Source: a virus. Taken from it: 64,000 nucleotides of DNA. The DNA is taken from the UHGV virus genome UHGV-0145886; one strand, given 5' to 3'. A program made the position numbers and the translations under genes. The notes under the pieces were generated by a model. It saw only the letters and a program-made list of their open reading frames with translations. It had not been told where the DNA came from and made no database searches. How positions within the stretch are numbered: the first letter of the stretch is position 1; every line of letters starts with the position of its first letter. Positions 27,914 to 37,398 of the stretch are shown here, piece after piece.

Positions 27914-28959
27914 TTAATAATTCTCCTTTTTGCCAATAACTTTAAAAAGACAGCCTCTCCTTGGTCTACTGGGCTATCTTTTTTCCGTGTCAGTCCAGAA
28001 TCATCATATATAAAGGAGAAGGTAGCATACTTGTTATATTTCTTACAAATTCCATATAGTTTATTAAAATAATCCTCATGATGAGGTTTTTCCTCGTTGT
28101 CTAAGCATAAACAAATTTCTTTTGGGTTACATTCGCGCATTAGCAAGTTCAACTGATATTTATTAAAGTTAGAACCACAAATTGCTGCGCCGCAGTTTGG
28201 AGTATCGAAGTCTTCTAATTTAAGAATAGACTTCTCTCCTTCCATAATAAAAGCTATCCCATACTTTTGTATGTTTGCTTTTGTGTGGTTAAGCCCATAA
28301 AGATTAAGGGAAAGTCGATGTGAATACCATTTCTGCTCAATCTGAACTGGCATATATTTACCAATGTTCTCAACTTCCCACTCATTTAGCGCGCGACCTC
28401 TAATTCCAACTAAATTCCCATTCACATCATAATGAGGAATAATGATTTTATTTTGAGAAGAAGAAAAAAGTATATTGTATTTATCCATGGCGGACTTGGA
28501 AATACCTTCTTCTAACCACTGCGCGGGATAGCATTTTTGAAATACATCCAAAATGCCCTTGGGATAGGTGGGCAAGCTTTGTGTGCGAATAATAGGTGCG
28601 TATTTGTCTTTAAGAAACTGATGAGGTTCTACTCCAAAGTTCTCTCGAATAAGACCTGATGCACTACAATTGCGCACGACCTCATAAATATCAGAATACC
28701 AATCATAATCGATATTCCTTGTTTCATAGTAATGCTTTAGGAAAGTAAAAATACTCATTGGACCACATTCAGTATAACAATAAAATAGATGAGTATTTTT
28801 ATAATAATAAAGCTTAAAACTACCATCGCGCGCATTATGACAAATTGTGTTTGTGAGAAGAAAGCTATTTGTTTCTTGTACTTCGTCCGCACCTAATTCT
28901 AATAAAAGTCCTTTAACTTTATTCGAATCGAGCTTATCAACTAATTCTTTATAATTCAA
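27910..28959 (-). CDS. DNA primase
   Basis: Zinc finger TICH...CYTEC; IIIP...G.RGR, LYGL, EGEKS, TOPRIM CLDNE, KDSP.D. Confidence 0.88.
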   Translation of the reverse strand: MNYKELVDKLDSNKVKGLLLELGADEVQETNSFLLTNTICHNARDGSFKLYYYKNTHLFYCYTECGPMSIFTFLKHYYETRNIDYDWYSDIYEVVRNCSASGLIRENFGVEPHQFLKDKYAPIIRTQSLPTYPKGILDVFQKCYPAQWLEEGISKSAMDKYNILFSSSQNKIIIPHYDVNGNLVGIRGRALNEWEVENIGKYMPVQIEQKWYSHRLSLNLYGLNHTKANIQKYGIAFIMEGEKSILKLEDFDTPNCGAAICGSNFNKYQLNLLMRECNPKEICLCLDNEEKPHHEDYFNKLYGICKKYNKYATFSFIYDDSGLTRKKDSPVDQGEAVFLKLLAKRRIIK

Positions 28960-30527
28960 GACTTATCCCCTTTCAGTTCTAAGTTTAACTTTTCAATATA
29001 ATCAATAACCTCTTGTTTTTGCCCCTCTTCCCAGCTCTCAACATCAAAAGCATATTCATTAAAGAACTCGTTAATTGGCTCCATTTGGCTATTGGTAATG
29101 AATAAATCTTCTTTTCGCATTGTGCCCATATCAAAATAACTCCAAATACGAACTTGCGACCACTGTCCACTACGTACCTTAAACACATCTGTGACTATGT
29201 TTGGTTCAATCGTTGCCAAATTTTGAATTAACTCAAGTTCTTCCTTGGTCGGACGCGCCATAATCGCGCCATTATCAGCTTTGTTAATAGTTGAACGACC
29301 GCCCGCGAGAGAAGCTTCATTGCGTATAGAAGTATTATTATCTGCATTTGCATTAACCTGAGTTGATGTAAAAACCGCAACATCAAGTTCTATTGCTAAA
29401 TCTTTCAGTGCAGTTGCGAACATCAACAGAGCTTCATCATTTCGAATATTAAAGCCTCGAAACTCACCAAGAAGTGCCGGACCAATAAAGATATAATCAT
29501 AGAAAACCGCCAAAGCTTCATAATTTAATAGCTCTTCTCTCACAACTGATTTTATCAACTCAATTGTTGGGTTCGGAACACGAATCATATGAAAGTTGTT
29601 TCGATACTCCTTGATAATCTTGCGCGCCTGCTCTACAAGAACTTTCTCTTCTTCTGAAAATCCACCATATTTGAATCGGCTCTCATTAATACCCGTAAGA
29701 TACGCAATTATCATACGAATAATCTGCTCGGGTCTCTGCTCTGTCATTATAAACAGAATCTTTTCCGAAGAACCAATTTGCTCCCATTCGCACGTCTTGT
29801 CATTATACCGAAAAGGAAATGCTAAATAACACGCATCACTAACCGCGGATCTTGTCTTACCAACACCACTTCCGCTACTACGAATTGTCAAAGCTCCTCT
29901 TTCGGCGCCATTAATAACTTGTGAATAAATTTTTCCCTGTACAGGAAGTCCAATAAATGAAGGATTGCCAAAACCATCAATAACTTCATCAATCTCTTCG
30001 CCAATATCCCAAGTCTGGACTTCTTCTGTTTTTGAGTATTCACTTTCAATGCGCGCGAGCTTCTTTCTAATTGTATTTGAGATATCCGTAGTCGTTAACT
30101 GCTCGAACTTCTCATTTACTTCTTGCGCGCGTGGGTTAAAGGTATCTTCAATATAAAATTCACTTATGTCAACGCCTATCTTTTGATAAGCATTTAACAT
30201 ATTAAATTTCTTTAACTTGTTGTAATAATACGGAAAGTTTTCCTCGTTTGAAAACTCTTCAACATCTTGAAGATACTCAATTCCATTATTAGTCTCAAAA
30301 CTGTTTTTCGCTGTTTCGTTCGTTGACAAACAATTCTCAACATCAAAAGCTGAAATCTTTTTTGCGCCTTGTGAGTACAACTCCCAAATTGCCGAAAACA
30401 AAAATTTCTCAAATCTACTTTGAAAATCATTCGGGGTTAAATAATACTTATCTGATTCTCCTAAATACTGTGGATGTTTTAAGAGACAACCAAAGATTTG
30501 TTGTGTAATTCTCTTATCAACAATCAA
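28956..30527 (-). CDS. DnaB-like replicative helicase
   Basis: SGSGVGKTR, FIMTEQ, FYDYI, LKDLA.EL...STQVN, KADNG, KVRSG. Confidence 0.9.
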   Translation of the reverse strand: MIVDKRITQQIFGCLLKHPQYLGESDKYYLTPNDFQSRFEKFLFSAIWELYSQGAKKISAFDVENCLSTNETAKNSFETNNGIEYLQDVEEFSNEENFPYYYNKLKKFNMLNAYQKIGVDISEFYIEDTFNPRAQEVNEKFEQLTTTDISNTIRKKLARIESEYSKTEEVQTWDIGEEIDEVIDGFGNPSFIGLPVQGKIYSQVINGAERGALTIRSSGSGVGKTRSAVSDACYLAFPFRYNDKTCEWEQIGSSEKILFIMTEQRPEQIIRMIIAYLTGINESRFKYGGFSEEEKVLVEQARKIIKEYRNNFHMIRVPNPTIELIKSVVREELLNYEALAVFYDYIFIGPALLGEFRGFNIRNDEALLMFATALKDLAIELDVAVFTSTQVNANADNNTSIRNEASLAGGRSTINKADNGAIMARPTKEELELIQNLATIEPNIVTDVFKVRSGQWSQVRIWSYFDMGTMRKEDLFITNSQMEPINEFFNEYAFDVESWEEGQKQEVIDYIEKLNLELKGDKS

Positions 30528-31105
30528 TTCTCTGCCTCCATTTCTATCATATCAAGGGAGTATTTCTTTTTCTTTTTGGGAGTTTGTTTTGTCTGCGTTT
30601 TAATGCCACGCTTCCGCTCAGCTTCTGCGCGCAACCTAAGTTGCTGCGTAATTCTTTCACAAATACCTTTCTCTCTTCTTTCTCTTTCGACCCAATAACC
30701 ACACCCCTCATCATAAACATATGGAACAATACCAATTCCACCCTTAGCTTTATTTCTTGGGGCTTTTTGTATGTCATAGTAATACCTTAAAGAAAAATAA
30801 ATTCCCTTGGCGGTCATATTCTTTTTCAAATAGTTTTCCCACTGCTTTTTAAACTTAATAAAGTCAATCTCCATTAACATTTCTTTTGTTAAGAACTCCC
30901 AAGTGTAGTCGAGCCATTCTTCATTTCCTTTACTGGCATGGAGGTTGTCTTTTTCTGCTACCCAACTATTGTAACAGTCTGTATGATAAAACCATCCTTT
31001 CGACCGCATCAGCCAGTCCTTACCCTCTTCTGTCGTATTTCTATCTATCTCTCCACCACAAACTCGGCAATGTACGATTCCTAATTTCTTTGCCAATAGA
31101 AACAC
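30524..31105 (-). CDS. Zinc-binding protein upstream of the helicase (possible loader)
   Basis: CRVCG...HTDC; GIGIVPYVYDE. Confidence 0.6.
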   Translation of the reverse strand: MFLLAKKLGIVHCRVCGGEIDRNTTEEGKDWLMRSKGWFYHTDCYNSWVAEKDNLHASKGNEEWLDYTWEFLTKEMLMEIDFIKFKKQWENYLKKNMTAKGIYFSLRYYYDIQKAPRNKAKGGIGIVPYVYDEGCGYWVERERREKGICERITQQLRLRAEAERKRGIKTQTKQTPKKKKKYSLDMIEMEAEN

Positions 31106-31214
31106 CTACTTTCAACTTTTCTTCCATATATATTATACCAAAAAATTTTCGAAAATGCAAATTTAAAAGAGCCGACTTACATAAGCCGGCTCTTATATAT
31201 ATTAAAGGAAAGAA

Positions 31215-32189
31215 TTATTTAAGAAGAGACTTCATTTCACCGCAAACTAACTCGAAAAGGTCTTTCTGATCTTCGGTTATTTCAGAGAGCTTCATCTTTC
31301 TACCAAAAATCATCTCAACCTTTTTAAGGACTCTGGCGGCATTGTCCTCGTCCTGTTCAATGAGCGCCTTCCAAAGCTCAAAAGCTTCAGCTCTTATATC
31401 CTCATAAGAACGCTCTTCCATCTTCGCACCAGTAGAAGTATTATCCACCAATACTGCTCCATCTTTGTTCGCCTGTTCCTCGATGGCATCTCCAATTGCA
31501 GATACCAACTCCTTATAGCCAAAAGGAATCTTTGGCGATAAGTAAGGCAGACGCGAACCTGCGAGAATTGTAGGAGTCGCGCGCGTCAACAGAGTGCGCG
31601 TACAATTTCCCTTTTTATCCCACTCACAATTAATATAACCTATAATGTCAACAAGGCGATTGACAATTTCTGCTGCTCTCGCGGGCATAGCAGGTGAGAT
31701 ATGCTCGATGGTATTACCATCACCGGCATCTTCGTTCTTTATCTGGCTATGGCAAATACAAATTATACCATAACCAAGCATCGTGATTTTACGCAGGCAT
31801 GACTCAAACTCGCTCTTGAGCGCGGTATAGCCAGCACCGTATGGTATCTCGCCAATCTTCTGAACGCCATTCTGAAGACAAATATACTTCTCACAAAGGC
31901 TATAAGCTTCACCAACTGTATCGATGGTAATAGTATCATATATCTCCTTTGCTTCAGGCTGCTCAAGCTGACGAAGAACCTGCTTGAACTCAACCCACTT
32001 TTCGATAGGCTGTGCGCGAACGCCAGACAGGAAGTTAGTACCAATCTCAAAGCTGAGGATTAGGTTCTTATCCATCTGCGCCGCAAAGGTAGTCTTGCCA
32101 CATTTCTCAGGACCGTAAATGCAAATATACTTGCCTTTAAGATCCCTTGAAATAACACTCGGCTGAATATTAAGAATATCAATTCCCAT
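31215..32189 (-). CDS. AAA_24/Sak4-like NTPase (recombination)
   Basis: YGPEKCGKTT, IDTV, GAGY, ICHS, AGSR. Confidence 0.85.
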   Translation of the reverse strand: MGIDILNIQPSVISRDLKGKYICIYGPEKCGKTTFAAQMDKNLILSFEIGTNFLSGVRAQPIEKWVEFKQVLRQLEQPEAKEIYDTITIDTVGEAYSLCEKYICLQNGVQKIGEIPYGAGYTALKSEFESCLRKITMLGYGIICICHSQIKNEDAGDGNTIEHISPAMPARAAEIVNRLVDIIGYINCEWDKKGNCTRTLLTRATPTILAGSRLPYLSPKIPFGYKELVSAIGDAIEEQANKDGAVLVDNTSTGAKMEERSYEDIRAEAFELWKALIEQDEDNAARVLKKVEMIFGRKMKLSEITEDQKDLFELVCGEMKSLLK

Positions 32190-32207
32190 TATTATCTACC
32201 TCCTTGA

Positions 32208-33095
32208 TTAAAAACCAAGTCTTGAGGCGTCTGCTGCGGGTGCTGCGGGTGCTCGTTTTGTCTTGGGTGCTGTACGAGTCTTCTCTTTTTCTGCGGCGAG
32301 CTTCTCATCTCTCTTCCTCAGTCCTTCCTCTATCATCGAGAACTCATAACCGGACTCGAGGGGGAAATCACCGCCAGTTATGATAAGCTCACTAATAGAA
32401 GTCGTAGTGGTTTTCTCTTCCGGATCACCGAAAGCGGTCTCAATAACCTTGGTCTCGGTCTTAGTTGAGAAGTTGAGCTTGCCACGGAAAGGAACTGTGT
32501 CGCGGGGCTTCCAGTTATCCATTATGAAATCGATAGCCTTAGGACTCTCAACATAGAAAGGCATAACATCAACAAGACCACCCCACTGAGGTATGCACAT
32601 ATTTATACGAAGTCTACCCGTCTCAACGCCCTGAGAGTCAACTTCATTACAAGTCTGACGAATCATTCCGTCATACTCAAATACGGCGCCCATCTTCATA
32701 TCATCTTTACGAATCTTTCTGATAAAGCTGCCCTTAACCTGCGGGTAAGAATTAAAACGATTATCTCTGCCATAATACTCATTCATCACGAGCTGACCAG
32801 ATATACGAACGGCATCTGCCTTATCCTCGCCGCCACCAGCCGCAATCGAGGTATAACCGAAAACTTCTTTCCAGCCCTTGTAAGCGGGATTCTCGCCACC
32901 ATCTTTCTTGAGCTTATTCGCATAAACATGAATAGGAATCTCAAGAACCTTCTCTGCCGCACCGATTTTCTGAACGACCTTAACAGTAACAGAACCTCTT
33001 ATATAGTCGTTCTTTCTGCCATCTTTCTCATAAGAACCTTCTTCAAGATTATTTTCACTCAAAAGTCCGATAATTTCTACTGAATTGCTTGCCAT
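32208..33095 (-). CDS. Single-stranded DNA-binding protein (putative)
   Basis: Tandem OB-like beta pattern; position next to Sak4-like gene; C-terminal tail ending in F. Confidence 0.7.
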   Translation of the reverse strand: MASNSVEIIGLLSENNLEEGSYEKDGRKNDYIRGSVTVKVVQKIGAAEKVLEIPIHVYANKLKKDGGENPAYKGWKEVFGYTSIAAGGGEDKADAVRISGQLVMNEYYGRDNRFNSYPQVKGSFIRKIRKDDMKMGAVFEYDGMIRQTCNEVDSQGVETGRLRINMCIPQWGGLVDVMPFYVESPKAIDFIMDNWKPRDTVPFRGKLNFSTKTETKVIETAFGDPEEKTTTTSISELIITGGDFPLESGYEFSMIEEGLRKRDEKLAAEKEKTRTAPKTKRAPAAPAADASRLGF

Positions 33096-33169
33096 TTTCT
33101 TTTTCTCCTTTTTAATTGGTTCTTATTTGGTCGCCCGAAGATATACCTCGGGCGACATAAAAGTTAAAC

Positions 33170-33436
33170 TTACTCCTCGTCCTCAGAGGGAACGAAGTCA
33201 CGACCAAGATCAGTCAGAACAACATAGGTGACAGGCTTCTCCTGACCATCGACAGTGACCTTCTCTCTATCGACAAGACCCTTGGCGTGAGGACCCTTGC
33301 AGCCGAGAGCGGTTACAGTACCATTGATAGACTTCTCAGTCTTGTTGAGAGCGGTTGCAAGCTCGGGAATCGAGACACGACCACCATTCTCCTTAACATA
33401 GTTGAATACGAGAGTTGCGTTTTCAGTAAGCTTCAT
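33170..33436 (-). CDS. Winged-HTH DNA-binding protein
   Basis: IPELATAL..TEKSI.GTVTAL...KGLV.RE...VLTDLG. Confidence 0.75.
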   Translation of the reverse strand: MKLTENATLVFNYVKENGGRVSIPELATALNKTEKSINGTVTALGCKGPHAKGLVDREKVTVDGQEKPVTYVVLTDLGRDFVPSEDEE

Positions 33437-33611
33437 TTTTGTTTACTCCTTTTTTTGTTTAATAATTTTTTTATTCGAAGTCATCTCTGACTTTCTATTA
33501 ATATTATATAAGTATTTTGAAAAAAAATCAAACTTTTATTTTCAGGTAATTTTTTATAATGTGTTCACATCAATAGCTGTGTATTTTTCGTCTTTACTTA
33601 CATAAATATTA

Positions 33612-35963
33612 TCAAGATTTATATAGTCCTACAACAGACTCAACTAAAGTTTTAAACTTAATTGATTTAACTCCTTGTGCGTCTTTAAGTTGGAGGGGTA
33701 TTGACTCACAATCCAGACTTATTTGCGCGCGGGACGTTATTATTGTAATTTCTTTATCAGTAGATTGAAGCGGTAAGAAATCAATCATATAATCAGAGTC
33801 GGAAAGTTTTTGCGGCTTTCCTCCCTTATTACCACGTGACCCAAGGCTAAATTCATTCAATGGTGTACGCTTTGTATATCCTTCACCCGTTATAAACAGA
33901 AGTGATTTTGTTTCAACAGGAATCGGACGCACAGAAACTACATTGTCGCCATCGTTTAGTTTAATACAACGAACTCCTTTGGATACTCGGCTGACCGAAC
34001 GAACCTCCGCAATATCGCAATACAGGAATTGACCTAACTCAGTTAAGACTCCAATTTTATCCTTCCCATCAAGGAAAGCACAACAAATCTCGTCTCCTTC
34101 GTTCAACTCTATTGCTTTCAACAAGCCACTGCGATTCATTTTATACTCTGAAAAAGCAGAGCGTTTTATAAGTCCTTTTTTTGTGAAGAAGAGAATATCA
34201 CTATCGATATCCTTTTTGTCCAAACTCATAACCGCAACAATGTTCTCTGCGCCTATTATTCCAAGAGAAACCGTAGAGAATTTCTCTCCTACAGGTAAAA
34301 GAGAAGCTGAGCGATGGAAAAATTCACCATTCGCCGTGAAGAAAAGAATCTCATTCGTGGTGCTCGTAGATAGAGTATCAACAACAAACTCTTTGGGGTT
34401 TAGTTTGAACTTAGTACCCACGCCGCCCCTTTTTTGAGTATAAAGAGTTGAACTTTCTTGTACGAAAAGATTACCTTGATTAGTAAAAGAGACTAAAAGT
34501 TTCTTTTCCTCAATAGCTTCGTTTGCCGTTTCGCTTAGGTTAAGAATCTTCGTGCGACGGCTGTCACCAAACTTAGTAGCAACCGCGCGCAAATCTTTCT
34601 CAATCTCTTTTTTAAGCAAATCAGAATTATTAAGAATTTCTTCAATTCGAGCTTTCTCTATTAGAAGGTCTTTTTGCTCACTTTGGAGCTTAGTTACTTC
34701 CAAATGTGCAAGGCGCGCGAGCTTTATATCCAATATTGCTTTTGCTTGAATCTCGTCAATCGAAAGATATGATTGAAGTTTGGTCGAAGCTTCTTTTGTA
34801 TCTTTAGCACTTTTTATGATTTTAACTACTTCATCGATTGAAGCAATAGCAAGTAGAAGCCCTTCAATAATATGAAGTCGTTTCATAATCTTGTCCAAAT
34901 CAAATTCATAACCACGCGTATATACAACAATCTGATGGTCAATATAAGACTGTAAAAGCTCTCGCCAAGTCATAACCCTTGGGAACCTGCCGTTTTCCAG
35001 TACCGTTAGATTAATACCATAATGATACTCGAGAGAGGTATTCTTATAGAGATATCTTAATACGATGTCTGGGTTCGCACTTTTCTTTAAATAAATTTTA
35101 AGACAAGGTGTTAATTTGGTAAGGTCATTATATCGTTCAATACCGGGGTTTTCTTCGCTTTCAATAATTTCGTGAAGCTGCGCGCAAATAGTATTGGTAT
35201 AAACACTATACGGTACTTCGGTTACGATGAAACAACGCTCTTTGGAATCATAGGAAACCATAGCTCTCAACTTACAAGCCGCACCCGACCCTTTTTTAAG
35301 ACTCTCTTTTACAGCAGTTTCGTTAAGAAGATATCCTCCTGTTGCAAAGTCAGGACAGCAGTAAATATCATCATACTCACAATCAGGATTCCACAAAAGG
35401 CGAATAAGAGCCTCATTGATATCTTGAATACGAAACTGCGGTAGATTACTACTCATACCTATACCAATACCCGCGCTACCATTTACAATATTATAGAAGC
35501 CTTTAGTAGGAAGAACCGAGGGATATTGCTCGGTATCATCATAGTTATCGCGCCATTCTTTAATTGTGTCTTTATCTATGTCTCGAAAAAGATATGATGA
35601 AAGTTCGCTAAGACGAGAACTGGTATATCTGGGTGAACTCCAGTTTCCCGTTTCTGTCGGCTGACCAATACCACCCTCAACCTCAATTAAAGGATATCTC
35701 ATAGCCCACGGTTGCGCGGCGCGCATTATTACGCCAACACAACTGGAATCACCATGGATATACATCCTCGATGCGCTACCTACTGCCTTGAGAGTTTTCT
35801 TCATCGGCTTAGAGTGAAGAAACTTATCCGTATACAGGCAATAGAAAATCTGACGAGCTGACGGCTTCAGACAATCTCTTGCATCAACCAGTGCGCGCGA
35901 CTGTAGAACAGCGCCAGAGTATTGGATAAAACTTTCTTTTATAACTGACGTTAAATCTTCCAT
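33612..35963 (-). CDS. gyrA: Type IIA topoisomerase subunit A (GyrA/ParC-like)
   Basis: DCLKPS.R, HGDSS, catalytic PRYT, NG..GI.IGM, PDFATGG, beta-pinwheel repeats incl. QKRGGVG. Confidence 0.92.
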   Translation of the reverse strand: MEDLTSVIKESFIQYSGAVLQSRALVDARDCLKPSARQIFYCLYTDKFLHSKPMKKTLKAVGSASRMYIHGDSSCVGVIMRAAQPWAMRYPLIEVEGGIGQPTETGNWSSPRYTSSRLSELSSYLFRDIDKDTIKEWRDNYDDTEQYPSVLPTKGFYNIVNGSAGIGIGMSSNLPQFRIQDINEALIRLLWNPDCEYDDIYCCPDFATGGYLLNETAVKESLKKGSGAACKLRAMVSYDSKERCFIVTEVPYSVYTNTICAQLHEIIESEENPGIERYNDLTKLTPCLKIYLKKSANPDIVLRYLYKNTSLEYHYGINLTVLENGRFPRVMTWRELLQSYIDHQIVVYTRGYEFDLDKIMKRLHIIEGLLLAIASIDEVVKIIKSAKDTKEASTKLQSYLSIDEIQAKAILDIKLARLAHLEVTKLQSEQKDLLIEKARIEEILNNSDLLKKEIEKDLRAVATKFGDSRRTKILNLSETANEAIEEKKLLVSFTNQGNLFVQESSTLYTQKRGGVGTKFKLNPKEFVVDTLSTSTTNEILFFTANGEFFHRSASLLPVGEKFSTVSLGIIGAENIVAVMSLDKKDIDSDILFFTKKGLIKRSAFSEYKMNRSGLLKAIELNEGDEICCAFLDGKDKIGVLTELGQFLYCDIAEVRSVSRVSKGVRCIKLNDGDNVVSVRPIPVETKSLLFITGEGYTKRTPLNEFSLGSRGNKGGKPQKLSDSDYMIDFLPLQSTDKEITIITSRAQISLDCESIPLQLKDAQGVKSIKFKTLVESVVGLYKS

Positions 35964-36026
35964 TTAGCTCTCCTTTCCTCAATTTCTTTTAATATTATAG
36001 CTTAATTTTAAAGTTAAATCAATTTT

Positions 36027-36281
36027 TTATGCTCCATGACAACAAAAATGAAGTCGTCCTTGACAGTGAACGTAAGGTGTACCTTTCATCCCCTGACAGG
36101 TTCCATTTTTGACATTCTCAGCTTCAGGGCGAAAATAAGAACACTTACCATTACCACTGAGGTAGTTTTGAATTTGTTCTTCGGAGTGACTTGCACAACA
36201 AACTTTCTCACCCCAAGAAGTCCATATTACTTTTTGAGTAAGGTCTAATGGCACTTCTTTGCCACATATTGGACAATTCAT
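36027..36281 (-). CDS. Cys-rich small protein
   Basis: CPICG, CC..H, C..F. Confidence 0.6.
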   Translation of the reverse strand: MNCPICGKEVPLDLTQKVIWTSWGEKVCCASHSEEQIQNYLSGNGKCSYFRPEAENVKNGTCQGMKGTPYVHCQGRLHFCCHGA

Positions 36282-36568
36282 CTTAATCTTCTCCTATCTT
36301 TTGTTCTCTCATAAAGGCTTACAGTACGCAGAATTATTTTTTGAGCAAAAGTAAGGCGAAACCCACACAGTTCATAAAACTCAATAAGATGCGTTTTATA
36401 AATTTTTATCCAATCTTCACTTATTAAATTCTCGTCTATTTTTTCTTCAACACCTAAGACTGCTCCTACATCTGGTTTAGACTGTAGTTCAATCTCACAC
36501 CGCGGGCATACCTGCCGCCCCTCGGGAACTATTTCTCCGCAACAAACGCATCTGTCTGCATCAGCCAT
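36278..36568 (-). CDS. Zinc-ribbon small protein
   Basis: CVCCGEIVPEGRQVCPRCE. Confidence 0.75.
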   Translation of the reverse strand: MADADRCVCCGEIVPEGRQVCPRCEIELQSKPDVGAVLGVEEKIDENLISEDWIKIYKTHLIEFYELCGFRLTFAQKIILRTVSLYERTKDRRRLR

Positions 36569-36728
36569 TGTTATTCCCTCCGTCCATTTTTACGCCGCAG
36601 TTCAGGCAGTAATCCGTGATTGTCCTCACAATCACTCCTTGCCCACACTGGTATCTCGCAAATGGCAGCCATGTTCCACTGCTGGTACGTTGCGGTGTGT
36701 CTGCTTCATAAACTCTCCACTCAGCCAT
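36561..36728 (-). CDS. Zinc-ribbon small protein (partly degenerate)
   Basis: MAEWRVY...YCLNCGVKMDGG; ATG overlaps the upstream gene end. Confidence 0.55.
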   Translation of the reverse strand: MAEWRVYEADTPQRTSSGTWLPFARYQCGQGVIVRTITDYCLNCGVKMDGGNNNG

Positions 36729-37071
36729 TGTTGTTACTACCTCCGTCCATTTTAGCACCGCAGCGTGGACAATAACTTGGCAATTTGTATCTATCATTGA
36801 CAATTTTGTCACATTCACTGCAAGTATAGTCAAAATAAACACAATAATAATCGTCTGGCTGAAAACTATCGTTATCTTTAATCCATTCACCGTGTTTAAC
36901 CTCTTGCACATCAGCGACAGGAGCTGACTTTACACAAAGGTCTACAACAGTACCGATTGCATCGCTACGAATTATCCTCTCGTAGTTTTCACCACAATCA
37001 TTATACCAAGGAGACTTTTTAAGTTCTTCTATTTCCGCTAAAAGCAAATCACGGTCAATATAATCGCTCAT
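36721..37071 (-). CDS. Zinc-ribbon phage protein
   Basis: YIDR..LL, ADVQEVKHGEW, CSEC, YCPRCGAKMDG. Confidence 0.8.
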   Translation of the reverse strand: MSDYIDRDLLLAEIEELKKSPWYNDCGENYERIIRSDAIGTVVDLCVKSAPVADVQEVKHGEWIKDNDSFQPDDYYCVYFDYTCSECDKIVNDRYKLPSYCPRCGAKMDGGSNNNG

Positions 37072-37084
37072 TTTTTATACTCCT

Positions 37085-37327
37085 TTACTTAACTTCTCTC
37101 CAATCAATTCTTTGTCCACAACGCACACAATACTGGTACCATGCATGTAAGTATTCACCGCAATGTGGGCAATGGAAATCTCCATAATAGATTTCTACGG
37201 GAAGTTCTCCTTTACTCTTCCGAATTATCTCATAAACCTTTTCTTTTGTACAGTTTGTGCCCTTCTCAAAGAACTTTGATATCGGTTGAGATAAAACTTC
37301 TTTTATTTGTTTTAATGTAACTTTCAT
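37085..37327 (-). CDS. Zinc-ribbon small protein
   Basis: CPHCG...YCVRCGQRIDW. Confidence 0.75.
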   Translation of the reverse strand: MKVTLKQIKEVLSQPISKFFEKGTNCTKEKVYEIIRKSKGELPVEIYYGDFHCPHCGEYLHAWYQYCVRCGQRIDWREVK

Positions 37328-37398
37328 TACTCTTCCTCCCCTTTATAATAAAATTATAACAAAAAAAGGAAGGAAAATCAAATTCCCTCCCTTTAATC

